Source: Octopus vulgaris (Eukaryota). Taken from it: a stretch of 64,000 bases of DNA. The notes under the pieces are model-generated. The model ran no database searches, was not told the DNA's origin, and saw nothing but the letters and a program-made list of their open reading frames with translations. Shown here piece by piece: positions 41,200 through 52,670 of the stretch (its first letter is position 1; the number at the start of each line of letters is the position of its first letter). The stretch covers positions 205,902,001-205,966,000 of the forward strand of contig OX597814.1 in assembly GCA_951406725.2 (NCBI GenBank). The letters are read 5' to 3'. Position numbers and translations under genes: made by a program.

Positions 41200-44100
41200 A
41201 CTTTTTTTTTCTTCTTTCAAATTTGCTTCCATTTCTTGCCGAGTGTCTTCCCGACTCCTAGGGCAAAGAAACTCATAGTATACATTGGTAGGCCATTAAA
41301 TCAAACTCAATAGTTCGTTCATTTTTTAAATTTTTTTTTAAGTTAAATTAAAATACATGAGCAGCAACAGTTCTCACATCGACAATGCTCTTCTCAATAC
41401 GTGTGATGTACCAGTTAAGACAATCTTTTGCACTTCTTGCAGGGATGGTAAGCCAGGGATCATTTTCATATAATTTTCGGTTCCCTTCTTGATCATTCCT
41501 AGTGCTCCTACGATCACTGGTATTGTAACCGCCTTGAGATGCCACATTTTCTCAATTTCAATGAGTAGGTCTTTATATTTTCTGAGCTTGTCAAACTCTT
41601 TCGCTGAGATATTATGATCACAGGGGATGCTCATGTCGATCAATAAGCAAACTTTATTGTTTTGGTCTTTCACAACAATATCTGGTTTATTGGCCTTGAT
41701 GGTTCGGTCTGTATGTACTGGAAAGTCCCACAGAATGGTTACATTTTCTCCTTCAGTTACAGCCTCAGGGTGGTGATTATACCACTTGTCGGCAGTTTTG
41801 ATATTGTAATGCCGACTTATTAGCCAGTGGAGATATTGGCCAACTCTGTCATGTCTTAATTTATACTCCACTGGTGCTAAGACATTACATCCAGAGATTA
41901 GGTGGTCCACTGTTTCAATCATGTCGTTGCAGAATCGGCATTTTAGGTCTGCTCCATTTTTCATCACATTGGCCTGGTAGTTCCGGGTTAATAGGCTTTG
42001 ATCTTGAGCAGCCAGGATGAAACCTTCGCTCTCTGCTTTTAGCCCTGAGCTCCGTAGCCACTGATGGGTTTGCTTCTGGTCAACATCAGCTTGTTTGCTG
42101 CGGGTCACATATCTGCCGTGCAGAGGTTTCTCCTCCCACCTATCAGCCAATTGCTCGTGCGCTTTTTTCGTTGCCATCATTTTCACCTTCTTTGCAACAA
42201 TAGTTGCCGTACTTCCCTCGGGTTGTTCAGTTTGGGTATCCTGCACGAGATCAATAGCAATTTTTTTGCTTTCCTTTATAATAGAATGAAGCTTCTTTCG
42301 TCTCTCGTGATTTTCCACGAGCTTTAGCATCCAGTCATTCGATATTTTGAGATATTTGGCCAGTCCAATTGTGGTTGTTTTGTAAGCTAGTTCAAATTGG
42401 ATCAGGCCTCGACGTCCTTGGGCTCTGGGAAGGTAAAGGCGATCTACGTCTGCCTTTGGGTGGTGCATCCTATTACAACTCAGCAGCTTGCGTATTTTCC
42501 TATCTATATTCTTTACTTCACTCATATTCCAGTTCAACACATTGTAGCTATAAGTAACAACTGGAACTGCTAAGGAATTTATAGCTAACACCTTGTTACG
42601 TGCATTTAGTTCAGATTTCAGGACTGCACGAACTCTCCTATAACATTCCTTCCTGATTTTCTCTTTCATGCTTGCATGCTGAATACCAGAGCCTTCAATT
42701 TATCCCTAAATATTTGTATGTTTGTTCTTGCTCAAGCTCTCTTATGACTGTGTCAACATCTATCACGACTGAATTTGTGGTCTTCACTTTCCCTTTCTTG
42801 AAAGTGGCCTTGGCACACTTCTCAAGTCCAAACTCCATCCCGATGTCATCGCTGAATGCTTTCACGGTGCGCAATAGGCCTTCAAGTTCATTATTGTCTT
42901 TACCATAAAGTTTTAAGTCATCCATATAAAATAGATGGCTTATTTTTTTATTGGCAATTTTATACCCATACCCTGTTCTGTTTAATTCACTTGTAAGGGG
43001 TATTAGGGCTATGCAGAATATCAAAGGTGAAAGTGAGTCACCTTGAAAAATTCCACAGTTGATGTTTATATTTTCTGAGGCAAGTACTCCATTAGAGTGG
43101 TATAATTGGAGATTCGTATTCCACAACGACATATTGTGCTTCAGGAAGTTTGAAATCACAGGGGAAATTTTGAAGATGTCCAGCGATCTCAAGATCCATG
43201 GATGCGGTATACTGTCGAAGGCCTTTTTATAGTCAATCCATGCGGAGCTGAGATTTCTGCGCTTGTTGTGACAGTTCTCAAGGATCATACGATTGATTAG
43301 CAGTTGATCTTTGCATCCGTAAGAGCCTCGGCGGCACCCTTTTTGTTCAATGGGGAAAATATCGTTCTTCTCCATGAATGCATATGTTTTCTCCGCCAGG
43401 ATAGATGTTAGGATTTTATACGTGGTGGATAGACAGGTTATAGGCCGATAGTTTTTGGAAGGTTGGTTTCGTTATTCTTTGGGAGTAGGTAAGTAATGCC
43501 ACTTGCTAACCATTCAGGTGTTTTCTTTGGGTCTCTCATAATTCCATTGAGCAGCTGAACTAGCTTACCGTGTGCGCACGGGAGCGATGCGAGCCAGAAA
43601 TTCGGCACCCTATCTTTACCGGGGGATTTCCAATTATGGGCCTTCGTGAGTGCCTTTCTTAGGTCTGCTATTGTGATGTCTTCCCATGCTTGTTGTTGTA
43701 AATTTTGGTAGGATCCTTCAGTTTGTATAATCCAGTCTGCATTTATGTTGTACGTCTTCTTGTCACTCCAAATCCTTTTCCAAAAGTTTTGAACTTCTTC
43801 CATGGGAGGGGGTCTTTAACGGTTACTTTCTCCTTCCCTATTTCTCTGTAGAATTTTTTGGCATTGGATGTGAACAGCTTATTTTGCTTGTAAAACTTGT
43901 TTCTCTTCTCAAATCTTCGTATTCTTTGGGCTTTTGCTTGGACTTTTTGTTTCAGCGTTTCTTTTATTGATATCAGTTCTTCTCTTGGTGAGGATCCAAA
44001 TTTTCTCTTCATCTTTCTTCCTGTTCTGGATCTTACATCATTTCTACATATTAGTTAATTTAATATTGATATTTCCCCTCTCATAAATTCAATCTCTTTT

Positions 44101-45170
44101 TCAATTTTACTTCTCCAGGTTTGATTTCTTCCCAGGTTTTGTTTTCTTTGTTTTTTCGGGGGCATACAGTTGGTTTCAATTGCCCTAGCAGAAGCGTAAA
44201 TAATTTCATTTAACTCAGTAAAATCAGGTTTTAATTCTCGTATTATTTTATTTGTTACATAGTTGCAAATTTGGATTTGTTTTTTATTTTGGTTTGTATT
44301 TGAGAGTTTATGAAGTGGTTCTCTATCATTCATACTTGTATGTCTTACAACTTCAAGCGTATTCAGGATTTTCTGCCTCATTTCTACCATAGACTCTCTG
44401 TGTTCTTCAGCAAATGCGAGATCTTCAGTTACTGTTGTTTTTTCGTTTTCCTGGCTATCTTTAACAGGTACAATAGAATTTCTTGTATCTTCAGGCCTTT
44501 GCGTACTTTGGTCAGATGGCAGTCTTTCAATTAAGCCTCGTGGCGGGCTATACTGTTCATCTGATTCTTCATTTCCTTTGTGTCTTATATTTATGTCATT
44601 TTCCGTTGCGTGCTTGATCGCACTTATTTCACTGTCTGTGAGTCTGTTATTTCTAAGGATATCCCTCCTCACATTTGCTAATTTGTTCTCGTCCAAATAG
44701 GGCCTACTGTCTTGATTCCGTGTTCTCCATATACTGTAAGAGTTTGCGGTGTGTCTCTCTTGAGATGGCCTACCTAATGCATAGTAATAAGCGTATATTA
44801 CTTCTTTATACTCTTCTCGGGTCCATTTGTTCCGCTTACATTTTTCTTTCTGTGGTGGTTGTGGTGGTGAATTTGGAGGGCTCGAGTTGGGGGATTTCCC
44901 GTTCAAGTGACCATCCATGTCCGTATTCGGAGAAGAGTTTGTACCAGTTGATGACTTTTCGATCCCAGGCTGGCTCTTCCCTGGGGGACGCGCTTCCAGA
45001 TTAACCATAGGACAAGCGATTTGGTATGCTGATTTAGTTTTCCTTTTAGTTTCCAAAAACATTTTGGTGCTACGATAATGTTATCATTTTTTAGCTTTGA
45101 TTGGCTCGTGGGGAGACGGCCATCATTGCCGTTACAATTATAATCGTACCATTATAGCAGCCGTAGTCGG
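41200..45170 (-). mobile_element. Near full-length R4/Dong-like LINE with several frameshifts
   Basis: ORFs 44055..45062, 43743..44012, 43438..43803, 42695..43375 (QGDSLSP, YMDD) and 41374..42669 (CCHC, RHD, NKPDIVV..IDMSIP, K..KY). The 3' end abuts (TTA)n at 41113-41198. Confidence 0.92.
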
Positions 45171-46236
45171 CTTATTATTATTATCATCACCATTATTATC
45201 ACTATCATCATTATCACCACCATCACCATCATCACCATCATCATCACCATCACCATCATCATCATCAATGATATTGTTTTATGTGTAGTCACAGCAGTAT
45301 CTTATTATTGTTATTTTTTATCATCATCACCATCACAGTAGTGTCTGTCTGTCTCGTTGGCTGGCTTGGTGGTTGGCTGGCTGACTGTCTTCAACGCCAG
45401 AGTTCTTGCCTGTCAAATAATACTTTCATATTTGGTTAACAATAGAGCCGAGGTGAGGTTTTGTGTTGGTTGAACTCTTTGTTATTATAATTATTATTAT
45501 TATTATCATTATTATAATTATTATTGTTGTTGTTGTTGTTGTTAAAATATTAATTTATATTTAATTTCTTGATAATTATTAGTAATGGTATGTATATATA
45601 TTTATTTTTTTATAATTTTATTATTATTATTATTATTTTTATAATGAGATTTAGCGAATTATATATAATTTAATGTGAGAATTAGTTTTGTAAGACAATA
45701 TATTATTCAATAGTTAGGTGGTCTATTTATTATGTAGTATTACATTTAAGTAAATGTATTTAATATTAATTGATATTTTGGTCAACTATATAATTGAGTA
45801 AAATATTAAATCTATAGATACTACAAATATATTGATAATATAGTTAGTTTATCTAATAGGTGTGTATATAATTAAACCATTTCCTATTCTTAATTTTAAT
45901 ATGTATAGCTTGTACTAACATTATCTATATTACTTAACATTACAGTTTTTAATATAAATTACTTAATGAGTGTAAGATTTTATTTAGATGTATATTAAAT
46001 AAATTAATTAATTAATAATTTAATTTAATGTATATAGTTTAAATTATAGTATTTAGTTTTCACTTAATGTATATTTTATATTAAAATATATATATATATA
46101 TAATTAATTATATCCTTGTTTCATTCTATATTTTTATTTAAACAAGAATATATTTGTTAAGATATTTCGTATTTTACAAGCTTATCTACGTATATTTATT
46201 AATTTTTCTAAATAATTATTGTATTGTTTTTGTTTT

Positions 46237-46329
46237 TAACCTCAAGAGTGGGTATATATATTGAAGGGATTTTACTTTAATTATTAATATCATCATTTAT
46301 TAAATATAGCCACGAAACAAGTGTCGTTA
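46237..46329 (+). ncRNA. Mutated type I hammerhead ribozyme relic
   Basis: taac-CTCAAGA-gtgggtatat..atatagccac-GAAA-caagtg-TC-gtta. Stems I and II are intact; the core has G5->C. Confidence 0.55.
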
Positions 46330-46486
46330 TTCTACCAAATATATACGTTTTATTTTCTATTTTGTACATTATTTAATCATTGTTATATGTTTTATCTTAT
46401 ATTTAATCATTCTATAATATGTAGATTTCTAAGGTATAATTTAATCTTTCATTATTGAATTGGTTAAACGGTATTTTTTTCTGATT

Positions 46487-46519
<33 letters not shown>

Positions 46520-46586
46520 GTTGTGAAATTCGATTTAGTATTTCTAAATTCAATTTTTTCGTGTAAGTTTGGAATAATATTCCCTC

Positions 46587-46670
<84 letters not shown>

Positions 46671-46686
46671 TGTGTGTGTGTTTTTG

Positions 46687-49600
46687 TGTAGTGTATCTTG
46701 CATGCATGAAGTGGATTCGATCCACAATAGCCAAATTTAAGTTGGCACTGCAACAGCACTTCCCCGCGGTGGAACAATACTTTTTTTCTGACAGCAGTTT
46801 TACATTTTCATTTGCCTATAGCTAGGCTGAAATAATGTCTTCCCAACTTGACCCTTTCTAACCTCTTCCACTTCACCAAAAATCCATTGTTTTCAATGAT
46901 ATACTATCCCTCTGGATAGTTATAAAAGCAAGAACACCCCAAGCAAAAATCAGTCGGTGACGACTCAACCAGTTAGTCCCTTCAGTGACGACGATGTCTG
47001 TCTGTCTAGCTAGAACCTTGGTCAGGGGGAGTATTGACATTTACTATCAGCCACTGTCAGACAACACGCTACAACTCTCACTAGCACTAATTCTGTTCCC
47101 TTACGACATCATCTATCGCTATCTGTGGATTACTACTAACAATTTGTGTACGCCAAACTATACAAAATAAATTCTACCACATCTAACTTTCTTTCACACC
47201 CTTTTGGATTTATCATAACCTGCCCGTCGAGGTGTGGTATTTTTCAACGTAACGGTAAATAAATACTTTCTTAAACCTTCATGCATTGTTCATCTTTCAC
47301 ATCCTATAGTATGCAGTTATAGCAACAAATTTTTATCGTTCATAATATTGTGTACAAAGCAATTTCTCCCGCTACAAAAACAAGGGCATTGCAGCCTTCC
47401 CAAGAATCAACTCTTACAAACTGGCGACCCCAACGTTGCGCCATAATAGGCATCGCTACAAAAATAAAACTTCATCGCTTACAATTGGTGAACCCGTGTA
47501 AAGAGAATTGACACCTTCCGATGCTTCTTGCCGCTGCATTTTTGCTCATTCGAACTAAAGAACTAGAATATCAACCGACACCAAACCAAAGTAAAAGAAT
47601 GACAACCTTCGTCACAATGAAGATGCACCCCCCGACCTACTACAAAAAACCCTATACTGCGATGCAATCCACAACAATGCAACACAGCCGACGCACAATG
47701 AAGGCCGCCAATAGATGCATGATTTCAACAGCTACATGCCCAAAAACTAACTGGACGAAAATACGGAAGCCCGCATATGCAACCTTTTCGGTACACACAC
47801 GCTTTTCGTCTCGTCCCGACGTACAAATCCTGCATTGTCTTTGAACTTTTGCACGTACATAAGACTCTCACATAGACTTTCAACAACTCTTTTTCTTTGT
47901 ATGCGCATCTATTCACTTTCAGTTGTAGACTTTTAACAAGGGACACTATTTTCAGCTAAGTTTGCTATTTTCGCTTATTTTATTGTTCTGTTTTCACTGT
48001 ACACTTCCATTTGTTTACGAGTTACACATATTCCGCGATGCACACGTTCCGCGAATCACACATTCCGCGATGCACTTATACCGCTATGCACATTCCGCGA
48101 TGCACATTCCGCAACGACTCGTTTCACGAAAACTGCTAAATTTACGTGCATATCCTTTTGCATGTTCTTTATTATTATTATTCATATTTTGCATGTACAT
48201 ATTTTGTTCACTTTCAAAATGTTTGTATTGTTGTATATATACAAGCATGCACCTTTCCTCATCGCCTGGCCTTGCGCACGCATCTGCACGCATGGTTTAT
48301 ACACACACAAATTGTATCTCTGTCACATTCATGCACCACACATGCCTATCTCCCTTGTTTCCCATGCTCAATGTGCCTTTGTAGACACGACTCATCTCTG
48401 TAAGACCCTAGGTCGGTCACGCATACATAGAAAAAATTGTTTGTCCCTTACAATGCGCCAACATGCCACACTTTCGCTCCTGCACGATCGAGGCATATAT
48501 TACCTCATGCACCGGCTGGCAGCCTTACTGCATTAATCACTGGCATATTCAATACTGTACACTGTATTTTTTAAACAATGCACTAACATTAGCCTCAGCC
48601 TTTAAAGCTCTATTGCACTCATGCACATGCACCTCTGCTATGCACATCTACCCACTTGTTTTGCAACACGTCTGCGTCAGCTCAATTCTTCTCCCGACAC
48701 GAAGAACGTCGGATGAGCACATGCTCTGTCCCATGTTTAGACATAATTTCCCCTGTTAGACCCCCGTTTGGTCACGTAATTCACAGAGAAAATTATCTGT
48801 CTCGTGCATCACTGCAGCATGTTTACACTGTCACCCTTGCTAACTCAGCAATTAACCATGACAACAGCACCAGATGCATTTCACTGCTGGAAAACATTCC
48901 AAGGCATTTAACATGCATTTCGTTGTCACCTTCGGTCGTTCGTTTCCTCTCCCGGAACCTCACTGGCAATGGGAGTGTTGTAGTGGATCTTGCATGCATG
49001 AAGTGGATCCGATTCGCCATAGCCAAATTTAAATTAACGCTGCTACAGAACTTTTCCCACGATGGAACAATGTTTTTACTCTGACAGCAGTTTTACATTT
49101 TCCAGATGCCTTTAGCTAGGCTGAAATAATGCCTTCACCACTTGACCCTTTCTAACCTCTTCTACTTCACCAAAAGCTAGAATAGAGATAACAAGACCAC
49201 CAACTAAATCTATCGTTCCTAATGATATATCTATCCTTCTGGATCTTTATACAAGCAAGCACACCCTAATCAAAGAGGCGTTAGTAACTTGTCGGCAACT
49301 GAACAAGGCACTTCGTGACGACTCAATTAGTAAGGAAAGAACTGCTAGAATATAAATTGGGTGGAGAGAGAGAAATAAAAATTCCTACCAGCAACTTCAG
49401 ACAAAGTCCCACACTCTCTCACTCTCACTAGCTCGAATTCTGTTCTCTTAAAAGATCATTCTATCTGTCTCCACAATTACTACTAAACAATGAAGAGGAC
49501 CCAAACTCAAACTTTCTTCCGCATCTAACTTTCGCATGCTTTTGGATTTATGAACCTGCCCGTCGAGGCAAGGTATTGTATCGTAACGGTAAATAAACTT

Positions 49601-49690
49601 TTCATTAAAACTTGATGCATTGTTCATCTTACACATTTTCCAACTTGCCGTTTTAATAACAAACTCTTATTGTCACAACTGCTGACTCTC
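46687..49690 (+). mobile_element. Non-autonomous LTR retrotransposon (Gypsy-like), diverged LTRs
   Basis: Direct repeats start TGTAGTG at 46687 and 48979. The 5' LTR ends ..CA at 47483, followed by PBS-like TGGTGAACCCG. Purine-rich gggagtg precedes the 3' LTR. The ~1.5-kb interior has no gag/pol ORF. The right boundary is approximate. Confidence 0.7.
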
Positions 49691-51729
49691 ACATATCATA
49701 TTATTGTTTACAAATCAATTTTTAGACGTTACATATATATTTATATGTATATGTGTGTGTGTATATGCGTGTGTGTATGCATAGGTAAGTTTTTATTTGT
49801 GTGTACTTTTCTATGTACTAAATCATTTTGTATAGGTAGATACGGTTGTACCGGTATGTATACACATACATTTTACGGATATACGTATGTAACACCTAGA
49901 AATTTGCGCTTACATATCCATCTACATATGATGTCAATCAATTTAATTTTTAGTTTTATAAAAGATATAAAACTGCATCTTTTCCCATAATTGTTATCTC
50001 CCCTACACTATACAAAAATCTAACTTTATATTTGGCTTTCTCTACAATTATAAACAATTCTTTTCGAGATCATTCAATATAAATATAAATTTTCTTTACT
50101 GCTCCATAGATGATTATATACGTATTGCAGTGGGTAAATAAGTAAATTCCTTCTCATCTTCAAAACTTCGATTTTTTATCTTTTATTAATCATCTTTTAG
50201 TATCTACCTCTTCAAATAGTTTTCTACAGTTGACTTGATAATAAATTCCGTAATATTACACTTATTTTTTCTATAAATATTAGACATGTCATTAACGAAA
50301 GCAAAAAAAAAATTTTAATATAAATTTCATAAACCTCAACCTATAAATAATTACTATTTAACATTTTTTAATTCCTTGATTTTACGTTTTTTCAAAGGTG
50401 CTAATTTTGGAAAATGTGCTCCACTTCTTCCCTTGTTAGCTACGCCAGCGAGACTATGACCAGGTTCCTCCCATGCCACCACACCTCATAACTTTGCTAA
50501 TTAAAAGATGGTCAACACGTGCACAAAGTCTTCCCAGATTCTTGTTCAACTCTGATATTATCACACTATCGCAAACACCCGGCACTTAATGGTTCACACA
50601 GCTTGTATAAATGTTACACGTGAGATTCTAACTAGCAATTAATCAGCAGTTTATCGCCAATTGATCGATATTATTTTTGAGTATCAGTTCTTTTCTTCTA
50701 CCAATGCACTCAACTTGGTATGTTTACTTCCCCGTTGTAAGTTTGATAGTAAAAGTCAATAAGTTACCTACATAGAAAGTCAGTTTTGGATTCTACCATC
50801 CGACAATCAGTTCTCTTTTGGCTGCTTTCCTCTCTTCAGCTTTGTTACAATCACAAAATTCCCACCATTGATCCCTTTGGTTTCGGTTTAAATCGAAAAG
50901 CAATAATATCATCATATCATTTCATAAATCCTGCAATCTGAAATTTCCAGGTAAATTTGACCTCATGACTGGCACGGATAGGTAAGATTTAGAGATCGAA
51001 CCGGTACTGGTCAAGGATTCTCGATAATTTTTCCTGTTTTTCACTTAATTTCTGAGAGCGCTCGGATTCACTTTTAGTATTCTGTGAGAGCAGTCGAGTT
51101 TATTTCAGATATTCTCAATTTAAAACTCATCTCTGGCTAATCGTTGAGAGGACGTTGGTGTTGCCTTGGCGGAGGTTTGTGCGCTCTGAGCGCTCTTGTT
51201 ATTCTTTTAATGTTTCAGTCGTGGGACCTCTGCCATACTGGAGCACCACCTTAATTTATTTTCTTTCAGTTTTGTTCTCACTCTATGACTGGAAGTTGGT
51301 CCATTACTGGATTTGTAGCAGCTGGTCCTCCCTGAGTGTATCCTTGAATGGTCGTCGTCTGGTCCGGTATCATCATTCGGAGTGTATTCAATGTTATTGT
51401 TTTATTTTGTAATGTTTCACTTGAAGTTCCGTTTTTACTTCTGACTTCTTTTGGTAGGCAGTTGAAAAATTAGGGACCTCTTAAAATCAGGCGGGTACAA
51501 TGGGGTGTTTTTGCTTGTGATTTTGAAGGTGATATATTTGGAAGCTGACTGTGTCAGCATTAAAGCTCTCTCTCTATCAAAATTGGGAACACATAACCGT
51601 CCAGGATTTTCCATATGTATATTATACTCTCTTTCTCCCTTTGCTATTCAAGAAAATAGAGACACGGAGCTTTCAGACGTACCCAGGAATTTAGGCTTTC
51701 AACCAAATTTATTCTACTGATGAACGTTG

Positions 51730-52190
51730 TCGATATTTATGCTGTTGCAAGTCTTCTTCAATTTGGTGAAGTGACAATAGACTCGTCTTATTTGGTTATT
51801 TGGATTTTTACACAATAGACCATTCTTAGCAAGTTGCTTCCAAAAAGTTATACTTTTTCCAAGGTTGTCTTGTGCGTGTTTTTGTATCTTTTCTTTGGTT
51901 CAAATTGTGATCAAGAACCAAATGTTACTTTTGCGAAGATCTGTCTGGAAAGAGTGAAGTCGGGCATGTGCGCTACATGTTCACTCTACCGCAGTTAGAA
52001 TTCGCTCATAAAGCATACACGCTTGGAATGTTAGCTCTGTCGAAAACACTTCTATTTGGAGTTTTATTGTCCTCTGATGTTAAGAACTTTTCGCAGGTGT
52101 GTCAGGTGAAAGTGGTTACATTTTTTAGCATGTCTGGTAAACTGTCCAGATTTCACAAGCATCCTGTAGTCTAGTCCCCACAGCATCCAC
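51730..52190 (-). mobile_element. RTE-clade LINE C-terminal relic
   Basis: Minus strand encodes decayed CEIWTVYQ, RANIPSVY and HVAHMPD, typical of the RTE post-RT region. Confidence 0.5.
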
Positions 52191-52656
52191 AGAGTGGCCG
52201 TGAAAATTTTCACCTCCAATAAGAGAGCGGTTGCTATATTTTTCCCCTACCAGCTATTTTACTAAAGGACGTGGTGCTAATTAACCACACAGGTATCTAA
52301 TACCTGGTTATCGAATACGATTAGTGGGATCGGCTGTAAAGGAGCTATATTACTGTATGCTTTGATTGATACACACACGCGCACAAAAAAGCGGAAATGG
52401 ATAGAGATTAATAAGCCATAGTGTCCAGAGGAATGGGTGACGAGAAGAAAGTCAAACAACGTTCAAGTAGATATCCAAATGAATTCTTTATTTGATTCGA
52501 AACGAAATAAACAAAAATCTGAATTAAATCAGGCAGAAAGATAAGATTAAGCAATCAAATATTCTTTGAGATTATACATTTAAATGGCTTGCGTGGGGGT
52601 GGGGGGTGGATACAGGATAGTTGTAACAGGTATTTCTAGGTCAACAGGCGTCATCT

Positions 52657-52662
52657 TTTATT
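52657..52662 (-). terminator. Candidate poly(A) signal AATAAA 8 nt after the copy C stop
   Basis: TGA-tattcttt-AATAAA; identical spacing in copy B. Confidence 0.45.
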
Positions 52663-52670
52663 AAAGAATA

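Larger units (their letters stand above)
39601..46483. mobile_element. Penelope-like element relic with inverted termini, split by the R4 LINE
   Basis: GIY-YIG C-terminal half on the minus strand (40417..40761: KSRVAQH..F, LSEYIWDLK, W.II, CSLC..E). 39601-39753 is an inverted match to 46328-46483, and 39755-39933 is inverted at 40921-41098. (TA)n on both sides. Confidence 0.6.

Noticed and set aside
48027-48114. Short repeated unit resembling a CRISPR-like array
   Set aside because: Adjacent 14-16-bp units without unique spacers, inside an LTR element in a eukaryotic context.
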